Below are positions 60,801-64,000 of a stretch of DNA of 64,000 bases, piece after piece. Numbering within the stretch: the stretch's first letter is position 1; each line of letters starts with the position of its first letter. The stretch is taken from contig OZ004615.1 in assembly GCA_963924565.1 (NCBI GenBank), positions 17,546,001 through 17,610,000 on the forward strand, given 5' to 3'. Made by a program: the position numbers and the translations under genes. Source of the stretch: Ascidiella aspersa. Its lineage: Eukaryota. The notes under the pieces are model-generated. The model had not been told where the DNA came from. It worked only from the letters and a program-made list of their open reading frames with translations, and did not search any database.

Positions 60801-63800
60801 AGTTAGTTTATTTCTGTAGCTGTTGCAAAGTAAACGGTATTCTCAATTACCATTGTTTCGCAACTTTTTTGGGCTTACGGCACCCTATGGAAATTATATA
60901 TAGTTCGCGGCACCCTTGCTTGTATTTTTGCTGAGTGGTTAACTGCAACGTAACAATAAACGAGATTCAAACAGCACATTAACTGTTCAACAAGGTTGAA
61001 TAAACTATTTTAGTTTTTTGCACTTTTATCGTACACAAAAAAGTGTATCTAGATTTAGAAGCTTACCAATTAAGCAAAAATTGGGAGTCCTGAATAATGC
61101 TAAATAATTTAAAATATCTCTCGGCACCCTTGAGCATTAGAAATGGCACCCTAGAGTGCCGCGGCATCCGGGTTGAGAACCATTGCCCTATTATATCTGA
61201 ACCACCTGCACAGCTTACCCGTGTTGAATGGTCGAAGGCGGGTTGAAAAGCCACGGAAAGAAGACGGCCACAGGTTTATTATGGAGCTCACCCGCCACGA
61301 TCTGGGCAACTGAGAGCTTCACGTCGGCCGAGTGTACCGGCTTCATCGAACCTTTGACAAGAACCGAGTCCTGAGGCGCCGTTGACGGGTTGTCCTGTAT
61401 AGTTTTTTTTTTGGAAATTTTGACATTGTTTTTCATTTTCTTTGTATATTTTTTATTTTGGCAATTTATGCTTGGAATGTTCTTCCAAATTTATGCCTCA
61501 AATCTAAACTGATTTTAAACCGTATAGTTACAAGAAATAGTGACCAAAAGTGCCGCGGTTTACCTTAACCATTTAGTTCATTTTTTGTTCTTTTAAGAAA
61601 AGCCGAACTTAATCAACCTCATTTACTCGGATGTAATTTAAACGAGCTTGTTAGCATTGCGACTGTTTTCAAAGCACAAACGTAAACACATACTTACAGT
61701 TTGGTTACAAAGGAAGTCTCCTCCTGCCAGGATGTCAAGGCAGTCGTTAAGATGAGCGTGAAAGCATTCCATGGCGTAACAAGGCACTTTCACCTTCCTC
61801 ACCTTTAGTTCGCTAGTGGTATTAATGCTTCCGCCGTCAACCAAAACCATCTGTCGAGACAATATAAGTACGGTAGTCTGTCGTTTACGTTTACGTTGAA
61901 ATTGATGTAGAACAAATATACTTTTTAACTAACTCAGAAACCCTTCTGTGCAATTAACCTTATTGTACGACATATTAAAAACGAATAGTAAAACATTGTT
62001 CATAAACGCCTTTTTTAGCTGAAGCAATTCGAATCGCCGACTTTAATAAAACCCAATATGTAGTATGTCAATCGACAGTACACATGTCCAGTTAAGGCCT
62101 AATTATAAAAAAAATAAATTGACCTGTAATAGGAGTTGAAGATTGCGGTCCGACATCGGACAACTTCCTTTCAGGGCAGCCATTAATTTCGAAACAACGC
62201 ACCTTGTGAAAAAAAGCTTGTCTTTGTCCTGGCAATAAACAATAAAACACAAATGTAGGTCGTGTAAAAGTAGTTTGAAATACTGGTATGTAGTGGCTTA
62301 TACGATGTGGAACTAGTCTATAAACGAATAATAACTACTGAAGTAATATTTTAATCTTTGGTGTTCCCTTCGTTTTTAAGAACTTTTTTTAACTACACAA
62401 GTGGTTAAGTCAAGCATTTTCCACTCAACCAGCTTTTAATCACGGCAAAATTTTGCAGAATTCGTTCTACAAGATCTAACGGCGCTCTTTTACGAATTTT
62501 TGGCGTTTAGACCGAGTTACGCTTGTATCCATGAGCGCCCGCACGGGGGAACAAGGGGGGTGGCACTTGCCCCCCCCCCTGGAATTTCAAAATGCGATTA
62601 TTAGTATTATTTATAAGTGTAATATGCATTACTTATGAAGGTTAAAAATATTATACATTATCTATTGCCCCCAGTGGCGTATCCAGGGGGCGGGAGTTCT
62701 TACCCTCTTTTTGAAAGTAATATTATCGTTTTTTGTTCGTTTTTGTCATGGCTTAACAAACTGTTCGAAGCGGCGTGCTTTTTAAGTAATTGGGTCACGC
62801 GTCTTAATCTAATCTAATGCGAAACCAAAATCGAGCGCAAAACGCCGTTTTTCGTCTTTTGTTTGGTCGACCGTAAACGCTGGAAGTTTTTCTCTTTCGT
62901 TATTTGTTTAGGTTGACTGATTAGCAAGTGTGTATTCGACAATTGACAACGCTAAGCCAAACCTTCTTTCTTTTTTTCTCGCTAAAAACGTTGAGTTATA
63001 CGCAGTATGTTCCTCGCTATTCGGTCTCTGCGCTAATCTCCGATGTTGGTGTAACATCGACGGACATTTGTTTAACTGAAGCAGATTCTTAAAAGGAGGT
63101 ATAATGGTGACTGTCGTACGCGTAGTCTCCATTTTTAAGAAAGTCAAAGTCTCCATTTTTAAGTAATGATGATTAACGCAAAATTATGCTCTTTAAGCAC
63201 ACTCTAAGTCTAAGACCACGTGTTAAGTGTGCAATGGACACAACTTATTTCCCCTCAACCGCAGCTCGGCGCAGATGTTGCGTTAATCTAATAACACCCG
63301 GGAAAAAAATGCTTTGTTTTTATTGTTGCAGGTGGCGAAAGACGTGCTTGTAATTTAACGCTCGTTCGGTTCATGGAACTTAAAAACAGCGCTGCTGATA
63401 GTCGAATTATGTGTGATTCTACAACAATTAATCACACGGTCTAGGTTTGTTTTTTTGCCCGAAGTTAACGATTGCACACCGTGATTTCGCAGCTGGCGCC
63501 TGACAGGATTGTCGACGACGCACGTGGTCGCTTTTGATGGACGTATTTGGCTGTTTCTGATTAGCTTTTTTCTCACGTCTTGCAATCACCATTCTATGAC
63601 GTCATATTTTCACTGTTTTATGACGTCATTATTCATTAACGTCAGACGAAAAATAGGGGAATTCCCTAAATTCGGGCCGCCCCCTTTTTATTTTCTCGTT
63701 ACGCCCCAGATTGCCCACGCCTGGAAAATTTTCTGCGGACGCCCCTGCTTGTATCTTACCTTATTGAAGACTTCGTTCGCGACAGAACAAAGTTGATACA

Positions 63801-63873
63801 GGTTGCTAAGCGAGTAACTCCAATTTGGAACGGCCACCGACAAAATCTTGCCACAAGGATCGAGCAGAGATTG
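57844..63873 (-). CDS. UNC79: Protein unc-79 homolog (NALCN channel complex subunit), 3' exons only; gene continues beyond the window
   Basis: Phase-consistent exons 63873-63760, 62228-62124, 61850-61698, 61394-61219 (VKLSVAQI..FPWLFNPPSTIQHG), 60445-60256 (KEYSECVMHVRKLSWILLGAL..), 60073-60023 (..LFYAFIFCQ), 59444-59244 (IWTVYCEQ..LEFWSRVTPSML), 58560-58483, 58345-58273 (LYPMWSPM), 57962-57844 (..EGMYVV stop). These match the recalled human UNC79 C-terminus (LPWLYHPPSAMQQGPKEFIECVSHIRLLSWLLLGSL; LFHAFIFAQLWTVYCEQ; LEFWSRVTPSIL; LIPMWLPM). The first listed exon is least certain. Confidence 0.92.
58719..59198. mobile_element. CAAGTC-rich degenerate MITE
   Basis: Ends caatgctgtaa / ttacggcactg; repeated (t)caagtc(att) units. 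Confidence 0.5.
59883..59960. repeat. Tandem repeat with core acaatgtgaatatact, 3 copies
   Basis: Three exact 16-bp cores separated by short A-rich spacers. Confidence 0.75.
60537..60624 (+). repeat. Tandem duplication (aaccaacaataaaggcacacttatactcagagt twice) after a decayed hammerhead-like motif
   Basis: ccgatgaagtaggacgaac followed by two exact 33-bp copies containing AATAAA. Confidence 0.55.
60851..61185 (-). mobile_element. hAT (Charlie-like) MITE, family copy 2 (inverted)
   Basis: Reverse complement of ggttctcaa..gtgccatttctaatgctcaagggtgccgagagatattt matches 52632-52705; degenerate other TIR cattgtttcgcaac. Confidence 0.7.
62530..63747. mobile_element. 1.2-kb non-autonomous hAT-type element in an UNC79 intron
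   Basis: TIRs catgagcgcccgca / tgcggacgcccctg; perfect 8-bp TSD CTTGTATC (62522-62529, 63748-63755); G/C-run subtermini; an internal second TIR-like start cagtggcgtatccagggg at ~62672. Confidence 0.8.
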
Positions 63874-64000
63874 CTGCAATCACAAACGCTTAACTGTTTA
63901 AGAAAACGCCACAGGGTATATACGACATGCAGCTTTGTCTGAGTCCTATTTAGCCAGGGTAAATCCTCTATGAAGCTTGTAACGTAAAACATCAAACAGA

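Noticed and set aside
1-64000. tRNA, rRNA, transposase or reverse transcriptase genes
   Set aside because: No cloverleaf, rRNA, DDE or RT motifs seen by eye or in the ORF track; all mobile elements found are non-autonomous.

Overview
Eukaryotic, intron-rich, AT-rich animal DNA, not a prokaryotic window. Compact GT-AG genes, chordate-like proteins and a sharp CpG-poor/CpG-rich mosaic suggest an invertebrate chordate such as an ascidian (inference). Three spliced genes were reconstructed by hand. (1) An LRRFIP1/2-family coiled-coil gene on the minus strand (CDS 26065->5800, 14 coding exons, ~461 aa); one intron holds a 4-kb acidic ORF with candidate AKAP-like PKA and calcineurin docking motifs. 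(2) A complete GABA/taurine-subfamily SLC6 transporter on the plus strand (41005->54779, 14 coding exons, 622 aa) with an unusual substrate-site signature, including Lys in unwound TM6. (3) The 3' end of UNC79, a NALCN channel complex subunit, on the minus strand (63873->57844). Non-coding DNA carries several hAT-type MITEs with 8-bp TSDs and a set of tiny, mostly fold-back insertions with hammerhead-ribozyme cores resembling Penelope-like element termini, several with ~12-bp TSDs. Homology calls come from recalled protein sequences, not database searches.
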